Positions 27,761 to 42,604 of a stretch of 64,000 nucleotides of DNA are shown one piece after another; the stretch's first letter is position 1, and the number at the start of each line of letters is the position of its first letter. Origin of the DNA: Octopus sinensis (lineage: Eukaryota); assembly GCF_006345805.1 (NCBI RefSeq), contig NC_043009.1:23064001-23128000 (forward strand). The letters run 5' to 3'. Below the pieces are notes generated by a model, which was not told the origin of the DNA, searched no databases, and saw nothing but the letters and a program-made list of their open reading frames with translations. The translations under genes were made by a program, and so were the position numbers.

Positions 27761-28172
27761 ACTTTATTTTCATTATCTACATTCCAAAGATGGAACTTTT
27801 GTATCTCTGTCAGAAACCAGCTCCTTCTTCAGAGGAAGAATTTAAATGATTAAAAACAGATGTGACGTGCACACACACACACACACACACACACACAGAT
27901 ATATGTGTGTGTGTGCGTATATATATATATATATATATATTATGTCACATGTATGTATACATACTGTAATCCATTTTACAAACACACCATACACGCACAA
28001 ATGCAAATATCACACACACACACACACCACACACACACGTATGTTATGTATACATATGCATGTCTGTCCATCTGCCTATGTGTGTATATGCATGAATATA
28101 ATATTAAATGTGTACGTGGTCAATATGTATTTTTAGTTCGCCGTATTTGTGCCTGAGACATTGGCGCCTTAC

Positions 28173-28217
<45 letters not shown>

Positions 28218-28218
28218 G

Positions 28219-28249
<31 letters not shown>

Positions 28250-29278
28250 TGTGAATGTGTGTGTGTATTTATTTGCATACTTGTGTATATGTATGTTTAC
28301 GTACATTCATGTATATAAGTATCTGTATTATATCTACTTATATATGCGTAGGAAGCATTTATTTCAGCTTATTTATTTTATGAAAAATATAAGTTCCAAA
28401 AGTAGTTAATCGTCAAACAAATATTTCGTTTAATTCAGTAAACTGCCATTACAAGGACAATCAATAGTTAGAAATATATGTCTGTCACAAACCTAATACT
28501 AGTCTTAATACGACGGCGACAGTGTTAAGTGCTCTTTAAAGATTTTCACAGCTGTGAGTCTCCGACAAGGTTAGACAATGATAAATTACTGTAAGGTTTC
28601 TTAGAAAAGAGAAAGATGTATATTTTTATTTCTGGTAACATTTTTGAATTGGAGTCGATCTAATCGACGTTATCTTTTAGCCGATATAAGTATCTTATGA
28701 TAAAAGGCAGATTTTCTCTGCCTCTCACATAGTTTGTTTTTAATACAATTGTACTATATAGAATTTATTCAATTGGAATTTACCTATGATTTTTCGAAGT
28801 AGATTCCATTGGGTCATGGCATATAAAGTTTTTTCAATTTGACCCCCAATTAAGCAAAAATTCGAGAAAACTAAATATTTTACGATTTGCCTCTCTAATT
28901 TCAACTGCTTCACTCCTTCTATTACCACACTTTCTCCTACTTTCTCTTTGCAAGTGTAACGATTTGCCTCTCTAATTTCAACTGCTTCACTCCTTCTATT
29001 ACCACACTTTCTCCTACTTTCTCTTTGCAAGTGTACCTTCAACCACTACTCAAAAAAATACACAGGAAATAGAAACAAATAAATACATAACGATTTACTC
29101 CTCACACAATTTCTTCAGTTGGAATTTACCTATGATTTTTCGAAGTACATTTCATTCTATATTTTATAAATTAAAATTGGTTTTTAATTTACTTTCTGTC
29201 GCTAAGTTTTGGTAGTATTAATTTGCGAGCGTACTTCAGTTCTCAATTGTTGAAAGAAAGAAATTGTAAGCTAAGAAG

Positions 29279-29322
<44 letters not shown>

Positions 29323-29500
29323 GTGTGCGTGCGTGTGTGTGTGTGTGTGTGTGAGTGTGTGTGTATGTGTGTGTAGAAAGTGAAGGATAAAAATATGGTA
29401 AAAAGTGGGCAGATGTACATATATACATACATCCATCCATCCACACATACATGTGTGTGTGCGTTTATGTATGTGTATTAATGTGTGTGTGTTATCTCTC

Positions 29501-29892
29501 TCTATATAAAGCTGAAGTTGTCTGTGTGCGCTAGGTTTGGTAACCTTCAACTAACACTATCTCCTCCGCAACTAACACTATCTCCTCCGCAAGTTGACCA
29601 AAAATGAGAGTATGATAGAAGAAGGGTTGCTCTTCCTTTCGTAGAAGATAAAATTCAAATTGGACCATGTTAACACCAAAAATTATTTACATCAAAAAGG
29701 TGCTTTTTTCTATGAAAATTCCTATTTTTTACGATTTTTTCACTGCTGTGTCGCCACTTTTCGTAGTATTTCAACCAGAAAAATGTTCACTTGAAGAGAA
29801 TAACAAGCTACATAATGCAAAATTTTTACTTTTCAAAATTCCAATTCCAGCGGGTCGAAACAAACCCGAGCAACGCCGGGCGATACTGCTAG
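29501..29892 (+). mobile_element. Non-autonomous Helitron-type element (same family as 11452-11836)
   Basis: 5' TCTATATAAA; 3' hairpin CCCGAGCAACGCCGGG then CTAG|T; internal ~21-bp duplication. Confidence 0.8.
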
Positions 29893-29911
29893 TATGCATA
29901 TATAGATATAA

Positions 29912-29960
<49 letters not shown>

Positions 29961-30434
29961 AAATAAGCAACAAGAATGAATCCAATTTTATTAAAAGCTG
30001 CAAATATTACAGCAGATTTAAGATGCCGAGTAATCTTCAGCTAATTTTATATAGGTTTTCCAATAATATAAAGTTTTCAAATCAATTAATAACATCTTAA
30101 GGAAGGTAAATATACAGATGAAGATGTAAATAGGAATCTTAGGAACATGAGGTCGTGTAGTTTAGATGCCAACTATATATATATATATATATATGCACAC
30201 ACACACATGCACGGGCACACAGACACTCGTACACACACACACACACGTATGCGGGAAGTAAGCTGGCAACACCGTTAGCACTCCGGGTAAAATGCTTAGT
30301 AGTATTTCGTCTATCTTTTCGTTCTGGCTTCAAATTCCGCCGAGGTCCACTTCGCCTTTCATTCTTTCGGGGTCGATAAAATAAGTTCCAGTTGAGCACT
30401 GGGATCGATGTAATTGTACCAAACTTCGAAACCA

Positions 30435-30547
<113 letters not shown>

Positions 30548-30839
30548 AACCATAAAAATTTAGGAGTTATATTTATTTAACCACTTGACATCCTTAGGGT
30601 TACGGCCGTTTTGTAACCTTCTTGATGCAGTTATAATTTCAGCTTACATATCTGCATTAATATGCATGTCGGTATTATACAATACAATTGCATATTCACA
30701 GATCGAGGCAAATAAAGAAAGCTAGCTCATCAGAACATCATGGTCAGACCAATGTTGCGACTCTGGACCTTTGACAGTTGAATCGTTGGTGTAAACATGA
30801 TGTTCTGATGTTCTGATGTTCTGATGATCTGATGAGCTA

Positions 30840-31400
30840 TTAGGTTGTTCCGAAAATAATGGCCGATTTCAGAAATATAATTTTATTCTGGAAAAATTAA
30901 CAATAGAGATGTTTGACAAAGTATGAACCGTGAATATCTATGCATCTCTGCCATCGATCAACGAGCTTATTTATGTCTCGTTGATAAAAACGTATTGGCT
31001 TTGATGCTAAGAAATCTTTGAACGCTGATTCCACCTCTAGTTTGGACCTGAAAGTTTTATCACTTAAAAACGTGTTTAAATGCTTAAAAAAATAATAGTC
31101 ATTGGGTGAAAGATCTGGAGAATATGGAGGATGTGATGAAGTCTCATATCCCAAGTCTGTGAGTTTCTGCAGCGTCATTCTTGCAACACGTGGTTTTGCA
31201 CTATCATGGAGCAGAATTGGACCGCGCCAATTAACCAGTGCAGGTCTCATCAACACTACGGAATTTCTGAAATCATCTTCGTACCGTGCAATCACTTGTG
31301 GACCCCTCTCCCAATGTTCTGTTGATATTGGCAGCAGTTTGGGAGGCATTGTGCCTAAGCTTGAACTCATGCAAGAAAAGTAAGCGAAGCCTTTTTTGTC
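30840..31400 (-). mobile_element. mariner transposon remnant (transposase C-terminus + one TIR)
   Basis: LLHDSA, HPPYSPDLSPNDY, RWQRCI..GSYF; TIR TTAGGTTGTTCCGAAAATAATGGCCGATTT at 30840 after TA. Confidence 0.9.
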
Positions 31401-31931
31401 ATGTTCATAATTAAGGGCGCCTATGCTTCAAGAATGTTTTCTGTTTGAAATAATTAGAAAATTATAAAAGAGCATACATCAATTATTAAGTATGTCGAAA
31501 TTCACCCAAAATATCAGGCCTCCAAAATTTCAGGCATTGAGTATTTACGCAAGTATGGTTGTTGATTGACTGTCATGCCAGATGATTGACTGTTAAAGCC
31601 AGATGATTACTAAAAAGTACAAAAAAGGCAAAAAAACTGCAAAAATCTCACAAACAAGCGCGCACACACGCACACCTACTCACACAACACACACACCTAC
31701 TCACACAACACACACACCTACTCATACAACACACGCATACACACATGCACACCTACTCTCTTTCTCTCTCTCTCACACACATACACACATACCCACACGC
31801 TCTCTTTCTCCCTCTTTCCCCCTCTCTCACACACATACACACATATCAGCGTTTGTTATCGATCGTACGATTCAGTAAGTAAAAGCTATTATTTTTCTGG
31901 GAATTGGTTTGGATACAACTTCGAAGTAGAA

Positions 31932-32007
31932 ATGGCATCTAAAGCTAATCAGTTGAAGAACAAATATGTCACGGCGGTTTTAGTGGTATTGTCCTGCCTT
32001 CCGTTAG
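31932..32007 (+). CDS. Candidate first (signal-peptide) exon of the serine protease
   Basis: AAATGG start, MASKANQLKNKYVTAVLVVLSCLPL, consensus phase-1 donor G|GTGAGT; joins in frame to 60711 giving ...LPL-VSSKISR-IVNG. Confidence 0.5.
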
Positions 32008-32024
32008 GTGAGTTAATGACTGTA

Positions 32025-32080
<56 letters not shown>

Positions 32081-32085
32081 TATTA

Positions 32086-34680
32086 CTTTTTTTTTTCTTC
32101 TTTCAAATTTGCTTCCATTTCTTGCCGAGTGTCTTCCCGACTCCTAGGGCAAAGAAACTCATAGTATACATTGGTAGGCCATTAAACCAAACTCAGTAGT
32201 TCGTTCATTTAAAAAAAAAATTTTTTTTAAAGTTAAATTAAAATACATGAGCAGCAACAGTTCTCACATCGACAATGCTCTTCTCAATACGTGTGATGTA
32301 CCAGTTAAGACAATCTTTTGCACTTCTTGCAGGGATGGTAAGCCAGGGATCATTCTCATATAATTTTCGGTTCCCTTCTTGATCATTCCTAGTGCTCCTA
32401 CGATCACTGGTATTGTAACCGCCTTGAGATGCCACATTTTCTCAATTTCAATGAGTAGGTCTTTATATTTTCTGAGCTTGTCAAACTCTTTCGCTGAGAT
32501 ATTATGATCACAGGGGATGTTCATGTCGATCAATAAGCAAACTTTATTGTTTTGGTCTTTCACAACAATATCTGGTTTATTGACCTTGATGGTTCGGTCT
32601 GTATGTACTGGAAAGTCCCACAGAATGGTTACATTTTCTCCTTCAGTTACAGCCTCAGGGTGGTGATTATACCACTTGTCGGCAGTTTTGATATTGTAAT
32701 GCCGACTTATTAGCCAGTGGAGATATTGGCCAACTCTGTCATGTCTTAATTTATACTCCACTGGTGCTAAGACTTTACATCCAGAGATTAGGTGGTCCAC
32801 TGTTTCAATCATATCGTTGCAGAATCGGCATTTTGGGTCTGCTCCATTTTTCATCACATTGGCCTGGTAGTTCCGGGTTAATAGGCTTTGATCTTGAGCA
32901 GCCAGGATAAAACCTTCGCTCTCTGCTTTTAGCCCTGAGCTCCGTAGCCACTGATGGGTTTGCTTCTGGTCAACATCAGCTTGTTTGCTGCGGGTCACAT
33001 ATTTGCCGTGCAGAGGTTTCTCCTCCCACCTATCAGCCAATTGCTCGTGCGCTTTCTTCATTGCCATCATTTTCACCTTCTTTGCAACAATAGTTGCCGT
33101 ACTTCCCTCGGGTTGTTCAGTTTGGGTATCCTGCACGAGATCAATAGCAATTTTTTTGCTTTCCTTTATGATAGAATGAAGCTTCTTTCGTCTCTCGTAA
33201 TTTTCCACGAGCTTTAGCATCCAGTCATTCGATATTTCGAGATATTTGGCCAGTCCAATTGTGGTTGTTTTGTAAGCTAGTTCAAATTGGATCAGGCCTC
33301 GACCTCCTTGGGCTCTGGGAAGGTAAAGGCGATCTACGTCTGCCTTTGGGTGGTGCATCCTATTACAACTCAGCAGCCTGCGTATTTTTCTATCTATATT
33401 CTTTACTTCACTCATATTCCAGTTCAACACATTGTAGCTATAAGTAACAACTGGAACTGCTAAGGAATTTATAGCTAACACCTTGTTACGTGCATTTAGT
33501 TCAGATTTCAGGACTGCACGAACTCTCCTATAACATTCCTTCCTGATTTTCTCTTTCATGCTTGCATGCTGAATACCAGAGCCTTCATTTATCCCTAAAT
33601 ATTTGTGTTTGTTCTTGCTCAAGCTCTCTTATGACTGTGTCAACATCTAACTCGACTGAATTTGTGGTCTTCACTTTCCCTTTCTGGAAAGTGGCCTTGG
33701 CACACTTCTCAAGTCCAAACTCCATCCCGATGTCATCGCTGAATGCTTTCACGGTGCGCAATAGGCCTTCAAGTTCATTATTGTCTTTACCATAAAGTTT
33801 TAAGTCATCCATATAAAATAGATGGCTTATTTTTTTATTGGCAATTTTATACCCATACCCTGTTCTGTTTAATTCACTTGTAAGGGGTATTAGGGCTATG
33901 CAGAATATTAAAGGTGAAAGTGAGTCACCTTGAAAAATTCCACAGTTGATGTTTATATTTTCTGAGGCCATTAGAGTGGTATAATTGGAGATTCGTATTC
34001 CACAACGACATATTGTGCTTCAGGAAGTTTGAAATCACAGGGGAAATTTTGAAGATGTCCAGCGATCTCAAGATCCATGGATGCGGTATACTGTCGAAGG
34101 CCTTTTTGTAGTCAATCCATGCGGTGCTGAAATTTCTGCGCTTGTTGTGACAGTTCTCAAGGATCATACGATTGATTAGCAGTTGATCTTTGCATCCGTA
34201 AGAGCCTCGGCGGCACCCTTTTTGTTCAATGGGGAAAATATCGTTCTTCTCCATGAATGCATATGTTTTCTCCGCCAGGATAGATGTTAGGATTTTATAC
34301 GTGGTGGATAGACAGGTTATAGGCCGATAGTTTTTTGGAAGGTTGGTTTCGTTATTCTTTGGGAGTAGGTAAGTAATGCCACTTGCTAACCATTCAGGTG
34401 TTTTCTTTGGGTCTCTCATAATTCCATTGAGCAGCTGAACTAGCTTACCGTGTGTGCATGGGAGCGATGCGAGCCAGAAATTCGGCACCCTATCTTTACC
34501 GGGGGATTTCCAATTATGGGCCTTCGTGAGTGCCTTTCTTAGGTCTGCTATTGTGATGTCTTCCCATGCTTGTTGTTGTAAATTTTGGTAGGATCCTTCA
34601 GTTTGTATAATCCAGTCTGCATTTATGTTGTACGTCTTCTTGTCACTCCAAATCCTTTTCCAAAAGTTTTGAACTTCTTC
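32086..34680 (-). mobile_element. R4/Dong-clade LINE (RT + CCHC + restriction-like endonuclease), 5'-truncated
   Basis: ORFs 33925-34488, 33585-33971, 32264-33622: YRPITCL, IDYKKAFDS, GIFQGDSLSP, YMDDLK, CRFC..ETVDHL..C, KPDIVV..D; (TAA)n on both sides. Confidence 0.92.
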
Positions 34681-34681
34681 C

Positions 34682-34735
<54 letters not shown>

Positions 34736-34754
34736 TACTTTATTATTATTATTT

Positions 34755-36155
34755 ATCTGCATCTTTGTTACAGTCACTTGCCGAGATACACCCAACGTCC
34801 TGGGGTGAGTGAAGGATAAGAGATGTTACATTATGACTGAAAGCTTGTGGAGGGGAGGTAGTGAACTATCTTAAAATAATATAACACGGACATTTAAATG
34901 GATAGGATTTTTCTAAGGATGTGGGCAGTACTTTTCAGCACAATCTTTTGGATTTCTCTGAGACATGGCTCCCCTGGTACCTTATCTAGATGTTTCTGAC
35001 ATCCCTTTTTTTAATCATACCTATACAATAACAGGAACAGTTCTGTTACTACAATAACAGGAACAGTTCTCGTTTTAAGACGCCACTTCTTTTGTATTTC
35101 AATTTCCGGGTCCTTATATTTACTTAGTTTGTCAAATTCCTTGACAGATATATTTTTATCAGTGGGAACACTTACATCTGTTAGTGCACAAGTATTTTCT
35201 TCCTTGTCTTTAATAATTATGTCTGGTCGTTTAGCTTGGATCGTTCTGTCAGTGTTGGCTGAAAAATCCCAGAGGGCAGTGACATTTTTATCTTCAACGA
35301 CTGGCTCAGGATGATGTTCGTACCAGTAAGTAGGGGTGCTGATTTTGTAGTGTTTACATATTTTCCAATCTAATACAGTCCAACCCTATTCTGGAGATTT
35401 TTATATTCGTTTGGTGTCAACACAGAACATGCCGAGACGAGATGGTCTATTATTTCGTCAAATGTGTTGCGGAATCTGCATTTAGGGTCAGCACTGTTTT
35501 GAAGAACGTTAGCCTGGTAGATTTTTGTGAGTAAGCATTGGTCTTGTGCCGCCAGTATGAAACCTTCAATCTCTGTTTTCAGTCCTGAACGTCTCAGTCA
35601 CTGATGGGTTGTTGCTTGATCTACATCAGCATTTCGACTTCGAAGTATATACTGTCCATGCAGAGACTTCTGGCTCCATCGCTCCTCAATTTGTTTCTGC
35701 CTGTTCTTTTTGTAGTCTTCTTGATCCATTTTGCTTGTTTTGTGACAGCGGTTTCAGGTTCTTCAACTATTTCAAGGTTAATGCCAAGTTTCCTTGCGAA
35801 TTTGCAAGCTTCCTTGACGATCGAATGTGATTTTTTGCTGCTTTCGTGTTTGCACACAAGTCACAGAATCCACTCCTCTGTATTAGATAAATGCCTGTTC
35901 AATGCTATTGTGGAGGTCTTATAGCACAGTTCTACCTACATCATTCCCTCTTCCCCATTACTTCTAGGTAGGTACACACGATCAACATCTGCTTTTGGGT
36001 GGTGCATGTCCTTAGAAGTTAGTTCTTAGGCGTTGGAGTTCTGTAAGATTCCAGTTAATGATGTTAAAACTATATTGGATTCCTGAAAGTGCCAGGATGT
36101 TAATGGCTTCGATGCAATTTTTCGAGCTGAGTTCATTTCCGATTTTTAGAGTTGA
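34755..36155 (-). mobile_element. Second, more decayed R4/Dong-clade LINE, head-to-tail with the first
   Basis: NELSSKNCIEAINILA...NIINWN and EIQKIVLKSTAHILRKILSI align to the first copy; (TAA)n flanks. Confidence 0.8.
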
Positions 36156-36172
36156 GTTCATCGTCGTCGTCG

Positions 36173-36215
<43 letters not shown>

Positions 36216-36232
36216 TATTATTATCATTATTA

Positions 36233-36284
<52 letters not shown>

Positions 36285-36298
36285 CATTATTATTATTA

Positions 36299-36386
<88 letters not shown>

Positions 36387-37892
36387 GTCGGGTGTGCATC
36401 ATCTAGCTCTCATATTTTTACCTGGAGAAATGACGTGGAAAACCTTTTGTAATGCAGGAATTCTAAGTAGAAAAATATGAATTAAATTATTTGCGTTAAT
36501 TCTTCCGAGTTAGAGGTAAAAAAAAACCCAAGAAACAAATGGTAATCAACATCATAATCATCTTTATCATCTTGTTTTAATTGGATATAGACAGTAACAC
36601 CTTGATATTTCCCATAATGAGTTTTGATATGTCCATAATAAAGAATCCAGTTTGGATGTAACTGACGGTTTCCTCAACTAGGCCATGCATGCAATAATAA
36701 AGTTTGATGTTCTGCTTACGGATATATAATCTTGGTGGACAGTTAGCGCCAGGATCTTGAGACGGGTGGGTACATCTAGAGCAATATTCTGAGTTGGTAA
36801 TATGTGTGTTAAAACAATTCAAGTCGGTTGAATAAGTTGGTTTATTTTGAGAAAGAAGAGACGTGGAAGTTTCAAGCAAAAATATTTCGTCAGGGTGAGA
36901 GAGAGAGAGAGAGAGAGAGGGAAAGAGAGAGAACATGTACTTTATTCTCCGTATAAACTTCAGGGCTATGCGGTGGATTATACAATATAATGTTCCTAGA
37001 TATGACTGTCCATATTGAAACCGTATGTTAACGTGTGCAAAGTTTCTAGAGACTTCCGGTCCACGCTCTATCCTCGTCAAATCTTTTGATTTACTTTTAT
37101 TTAAATATAATTTAAAAAGAAAGTTTTCGTATATTTTATTATTCTTTAAAATTACTGTTTATTTACACAGTTTTCATTCAATGTTTACCACAATCTTCAG
37201 CGCCATTATTAATATTTTATTATTATCGAAGTTGTTTTTTGAAGTTTTTCTAGAGATTGGTTTTGCGTATTTTTCATTGTTTTTTTTTTTAAATTCCTTT
37301 TGCTCATTTGAATATTGTACATTAGGAAATCGACTGTGAAATTCCTGAAAAAGGCCGACAAAGTGGAAACTGTGAATTCATCTATCGGATGAATATTCAA
37401 AGAAAAGATACAAACATTGTGACTAAATATTGAACGATGTTGTCTTTCTGTTTTTTAACCAAGAGTTCTCGTGCTACATACATACATATATACATACATA
37501 CATACATACATAAATATATACATACATACATAAATATATACAATTTTCATACTCATAAATGGATATATGTGTGTGGTGTGTGTATGTGTATGTGTTTGTG
37601 TGCGTACACACACGCGCGCGCGTACATACACATACACACACAAATGTGAGAGAAAGAGACAGAGAGAAATAGGGGAGAAAGTGAAAATGAAAATAACAGA
37701 TGCAGATATGGATATAGATATATACACCTACCCACACATATTATCCCAGTATCTTTTAATCAGTTTTTGCAGCAATAGCTGTTGACATTATTGTTATCTT
37801 CCTTCTTTAAGTTTTTTTACAATGGGGAAAAGGGTGCGTCTATCGCTGTTGTTTCAGATTCAGCAGTTCCTGTGGCAGCAGCAGTAGTCGTT

Positions 37893-37934
<42 letters not shown>

Positions 37935-38004
37935 ATGGTTGATTTTTAATTAGTTTTTAATTAGTTTTTTTAATTAGTCGCTATTGTTATTATTTGTTTG
38001 TGTT

Positions 38005-38445
38005 AAGGCGGTGAGCTGGCAGAATCGTTAGTTTGCCAGACAAAATTGCTAAACGGTATTTTGTCTGTCTTTACGTTCCGAGTTCAAATTCTGCTGAGGT
38101 CGACTTTACCTTTCATCTTTCCGGAGATCGATGAAATAAGTACCAGCTGAGCACTGGGGTCGATGTAATCGACTTACCTCCTCCCCTCAAATTGCTGGCC
38201 TTGTGCCGATATTGAAACCAATTGATCGCTGTTGTTATTTTTTGTTACTTAAGGTGGCGAGCTGGGAGAACCATTAGCATTCCGGGGAAAATGCTTAGCG
38301 GTATGTCGTCCGTCTTTGCGTTCTGAGCTCAAATTCCAGTGATGTCGACTTTGCTTTTATCCTTCCGGAGATCGATAAAACGAACAGCAGTTGGACACAG
38401 GGACCTATGTAATCGACTTAGCTCCTGTCACCAAATTTGCCAACA
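38005..38445 (+). mobile_element. Two tandem family A tRNA-SINEs
   Basis: GGCGGTGAGCTGGCAGAATCGTTAG and GGTGGCGAGCTGGGAGAACCATTAG heads, each with a GTTCAAATT-type B box. Confidence 0.85.
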
Positions 38446-39267
38446 TTTTAAACCGTTTTTTGTGGATGAGCAATGACTGAAACTAGTCTCTGGATGCTGG
38501 CTTTGCTGGGTAGAGGTGCTTATCTTCACTTTGAAAATATAAGGACACGGGAAATATGTCAAGTCCAACAGGAAACGGTGTTTCCGAGGGCTAAATAACT
38601 GTAGCATTCTTCCCTTTCATGGGTTTGTCACATTAAGTTGACAACATACTATCACTTTATCGTTTTTTGTTAGTCTTTATCTTTTCTCCTGACTTACACA
38701 AAAATTTTTAGTTCAAAGACGGAGAAGTCTAAATTGAACTCAACTGTTCTTATCATTGCCCACTTAATAACGTGTTTGCAACAAAGTTTGTTACTTGAAT
38801 ACAAATTTGGAAACATGGCGATTGGTGGTGGTGGTGGTGGTGCTCTGGTGATGTTGCTGTTGGCTGAAAATGCGGAGAGCTTATCAAATGTTATCAGAGG
38901 TTGAGAAGCATTTGCACGTGGGAGCAAAAATATATTTATATCGAGTTCTGAGATAGATGGCGTGCGTTTCTGCAGCATTCTCCGATTATCATAGGTTCTT
39001 GACTAACTTCACCTTGATACGGAGCGATTTGCCGGCACATTCTGGCTGCGTTATAATGTCAAGCTTTTTTCTTGCTGACTCTGTGTGTGTGTGTGTGCGC
39101 ACGCGCACACGCACATATCTCTTTCTCTCTTTTACTTGTTTCAGTCATGTGACTGTGGCCATGCTGGAGCACCGCCTTTAAATTTTAAAAACTTGTTGCC
39201 AACCTCCGGATGCCGAAATCCGGAAATGAACCAGAATATATATATATTTATATTCTTTATTACGTTA

Positions 39268-40890
39268 CTAGCAGAGTTACCCGGCGTTGCCCGAGTTACA
39301 TACAGTTGAAGAATTAGACTTTTCTGTTATATTTTCTGTAATGAACTGGAATACCTATGTTTCGAATTTAATCAAAATTGCAGATGAGGGTTATTTCCCT
39401 CTTTACACACCCAAACAAAATTGTAATCGTGCCACATGTATCCCATACTACTGATTTTTATGCGCATATTCCAAAATTCCAGTCTTATAGAACCTGTTAA
39501 AAGGATTTTGCTCCTGAAAAATGGAGGTCATGGAGCTCTAAAATGTCAACCAGAGAAGTTGAATTGTTGAGAATCTTTTTAACTTGGGTCTTATATCTAT
39601 TGTTTGAATGTCTTTGAAATAGGAAATATATGTTCACTGGGTTTGTAAAAGAGAGCAAAGCTACAGGAAACCAAAAGACGAATGATCACAATAAGCAGTC
39701 AGCTACAGTACTCTAGTCGTTACCACTCCCAATGTAGTATTCCTCACCATCAAGATGACAGGCACAGCCATTCGATGCATTACAAATCTATAGCAATTGG
39801 AAGGGTGTGACCTAACTGAAATAAACATTAACAAATGGGTGACGTGAGGGCTAAGGAGAAATGAAAGTTGGAGTTTGCAAATGACCACTATACTGATACG
39901 TAACTGGACAGAATAAATATACAATCTATAAATGTCTTTGAAAAACCAGTCACTCATCTGGGAAGGCCTTGAAATCAATGTTACCATCTGGGGACTATGT
40001 GTGACCCAGTGATAATAAAAAGACTGAAAGGAGATCTGCAATCAAATAACTTTACTCAACACTTTGCAACTGAATCAGTGGAGGCAAAGGTGCCTCTCAT
40101 TTACTTGACGCACATTGCAGAAATCACAATGTTAGTGTATGTCAAAGCAAAGTGTTACACTGTTGTACCATTGAATTACAAATAATGCTCATCTTCTATG
40201 CTCGGATGACCCCACAGCTTCCAAGAGTACAACTATTCGCTTAGATAAAGTGACAAAATTGTGGGTGTTAAATCCCCATGAAGGGGTCTTTCTAACTTGT
40301 AAGAAGAGGAAATTTTATAGATATTACTTCATTTGTATCTAGTATCTAAGGTTAAAATTTCATCAACAGCAAAAATATATGAATTATCATGGGGGTTGAG
40401 GCCCTTATGCATAGAATATAATTTCCAAATTTCGTAGAGATCCATTCAGTACTTTTGACTTAGTTTTGGATCATAAAAGAAATGACTAAAATTTCGGAGT
40501 TAAGGCCCCCATTAGGGTGTCTTAGAATCCTCATGTGAAGTGGGAACTTTGAGAATACTTCTTGATGTGTGTCAATTGCCCATGGTTGAAATTTCATCAA
40601 CATCGAAAATTTATGAATTTTCGTGGGGGGTTCTGCCCCCTTTAAGCCATCTGAAATTCAAACAAAACATATTGCATTATAACTGGCCTTATGCATTGAA
40701 TCTAAGTTTCAAATATCATAAGGATCCATTCAGTAATTTTGGTCCATGAAATTGTATGAAACACACAGCATTATCCTTCTCCCATGGCTTCGATTTTGTG
40801 TTCCAAATTTCATTATGATCGGTGCAGCAGTTTTCGAATGTATAAGTAATACACGAATACATAAAGACATTATCTTTGATTTAATAAATA
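39268..40890 (-). mobile_element. Helitron-type element
   Basis: 3' CTAG at 39268-39271 with hairpin 39279-39294 on the minus strand; internal ~110-150 bp direct repeats; 5' end uncertain. Confidence 0.55.
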
Positions 40891-40940
40891 TGAATGTACA
40901 CATATACATACATACATACATACATACATACATACCATAC

Positions 40941-40972
<32 letters not shown>

Positions 40973-40977
40973 CATAC

Positions 40978-41053
<76 letters not shown>

Positions 41054-41087
41054 ATTTCGTAGACAGAAACTTAAAGTAATCAATCGT

Positions 41088-41157
<70 letters not shown>

Positions 41158-42107
41158 TGTATGTATGTATGTATACACACACACACACAAAGATATATTG
41201 TGTGGGCAAACAAAAATATGAGATACTGCCTAGTGGCTTTTCTTATTTTGATAAGCCTGGTACTTATTCTATCAATTTCTTCTTGTGAAACCAGTAAGTT
41301 ATGGGGATGTAAATAAACGAAAACCAGTTGTGAGGCAGTGATGAGGGAGAAACACAATGACGCACACGCAGACTTACATACATATATATACATACATACA
41401 TATATACATACATATATGTACGATTGATTTCTTTCAGTTTCTGCCTACATAATCCACTGACAAGGCTTTGGTTGGTCTGAGGCTATAGCAGAAGACACAT
41501 GCCAAGTCACCACACAGTGGGACTGAACCCAGGACCATGTGTTTTGGAACGAAGTTTGTTACCACACAGCTACACCTGCACCTACCTATGTATGTATGTG
41601 TGTGTGTGTGTGTATGTGTGTATGGGTGTATATATGCATGCATATGTGTGAATATATATGTGTACATATTACATGTACATCTATATATATATATATATAT
41701 ATATACATCTACACATATACATATACATCTATATGTATAGAAATAAATGTATACATATACAGCTATACACACATACACACACATACATAGGTGCAGGTGT
41801 GGCTGTGTGGTAACAAACTTCGTTCCAAAACACATGGTCCTGGGCTTAAATTTAAATTTAAAATAATAAGGGTGAGAAATTGAATATTAATTTGATTAAT
41901 ATGAATTGAAAACCAGTGGTGTAGCATATAAGACCATAGCGGATCTTCTTCTAGCAAAATGGATGTCCACTGTTAATGGTTCATCCTTCTCATATAATAG
42001 TTTGACTTTAACAGTTTCAGTATTAAAGTGAAAGTATCTGGCATTATAATAGAGAGATGTTTTTGTTTCACTTTTAACACGTAATACCGAAATAGTGGAG
42101 AAGATGA

Positions 42108-42330
42108 TATTGCTGTGGGCTCGCCCTAGGCAAGAAGTTAGAAATTTTTTTGCCCATGACATTACATGGACCCTAAGTAAGGCATATGTAAAATTTGAAT
42201 GAAATTGGTTGTGTAGTTCTCAAGTTTTAGGGATTCATACAGACAGGCAGACAGACCGACAGACAGACCGACAGACAGACCGACAAACAGACAGACAGAC
42301 AGACACACATTCTCAGTTTTATATATATAG
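42108..42330 (-). mobile_element. Helitron-type 5' segment (same family as 56455-56615)
   Basis: Reverse complement matches TATATATAAAACTG.GAATGTGTGTCTG...TTGCCTAGGGCGAGCCCACAGCAAT. Confidence 0.65.
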
Positions 42331-42604
42331 ATAATTGACAGGCTCCGATTTCCAATATCCAGAGTTGCTGTTTTTTTTCAAACTTTCATAAATATTCAGA
42401 CAGTGGATATTCACAAGAAAATCAAGCTCAGTTACTATATATATATATATATATATATATCGTTTTGGGATTTGGTTTGCAAGATTCTTTATATGAGTTC
42501 GTGTGTTGAAGCATATTCTTTTGTGTCTGGAGAGAGTCATTTTCTTTTTGTGCTTCATAATTTAACACACTCACCGGTAAAACTACCACAAAAACTAAGG
42601 GTCA

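Noticed and set aside
36577-37080. 167-aa minus-strand ORF
   Set aside because: Crosses a (GA)n tract, with no homology cues or exon structure.
39703-40185. Possible transposase or helicase coding remnant inside the Helitron-type element
   Set aside because: No convincing motif in any frame.
41636-41730. Inverted match to 57275-57345 suggesting a large inverted duplication
   Set aside because: Low-complexity, and the intervening sequences do not align beyond the shared Helitron 5' end.
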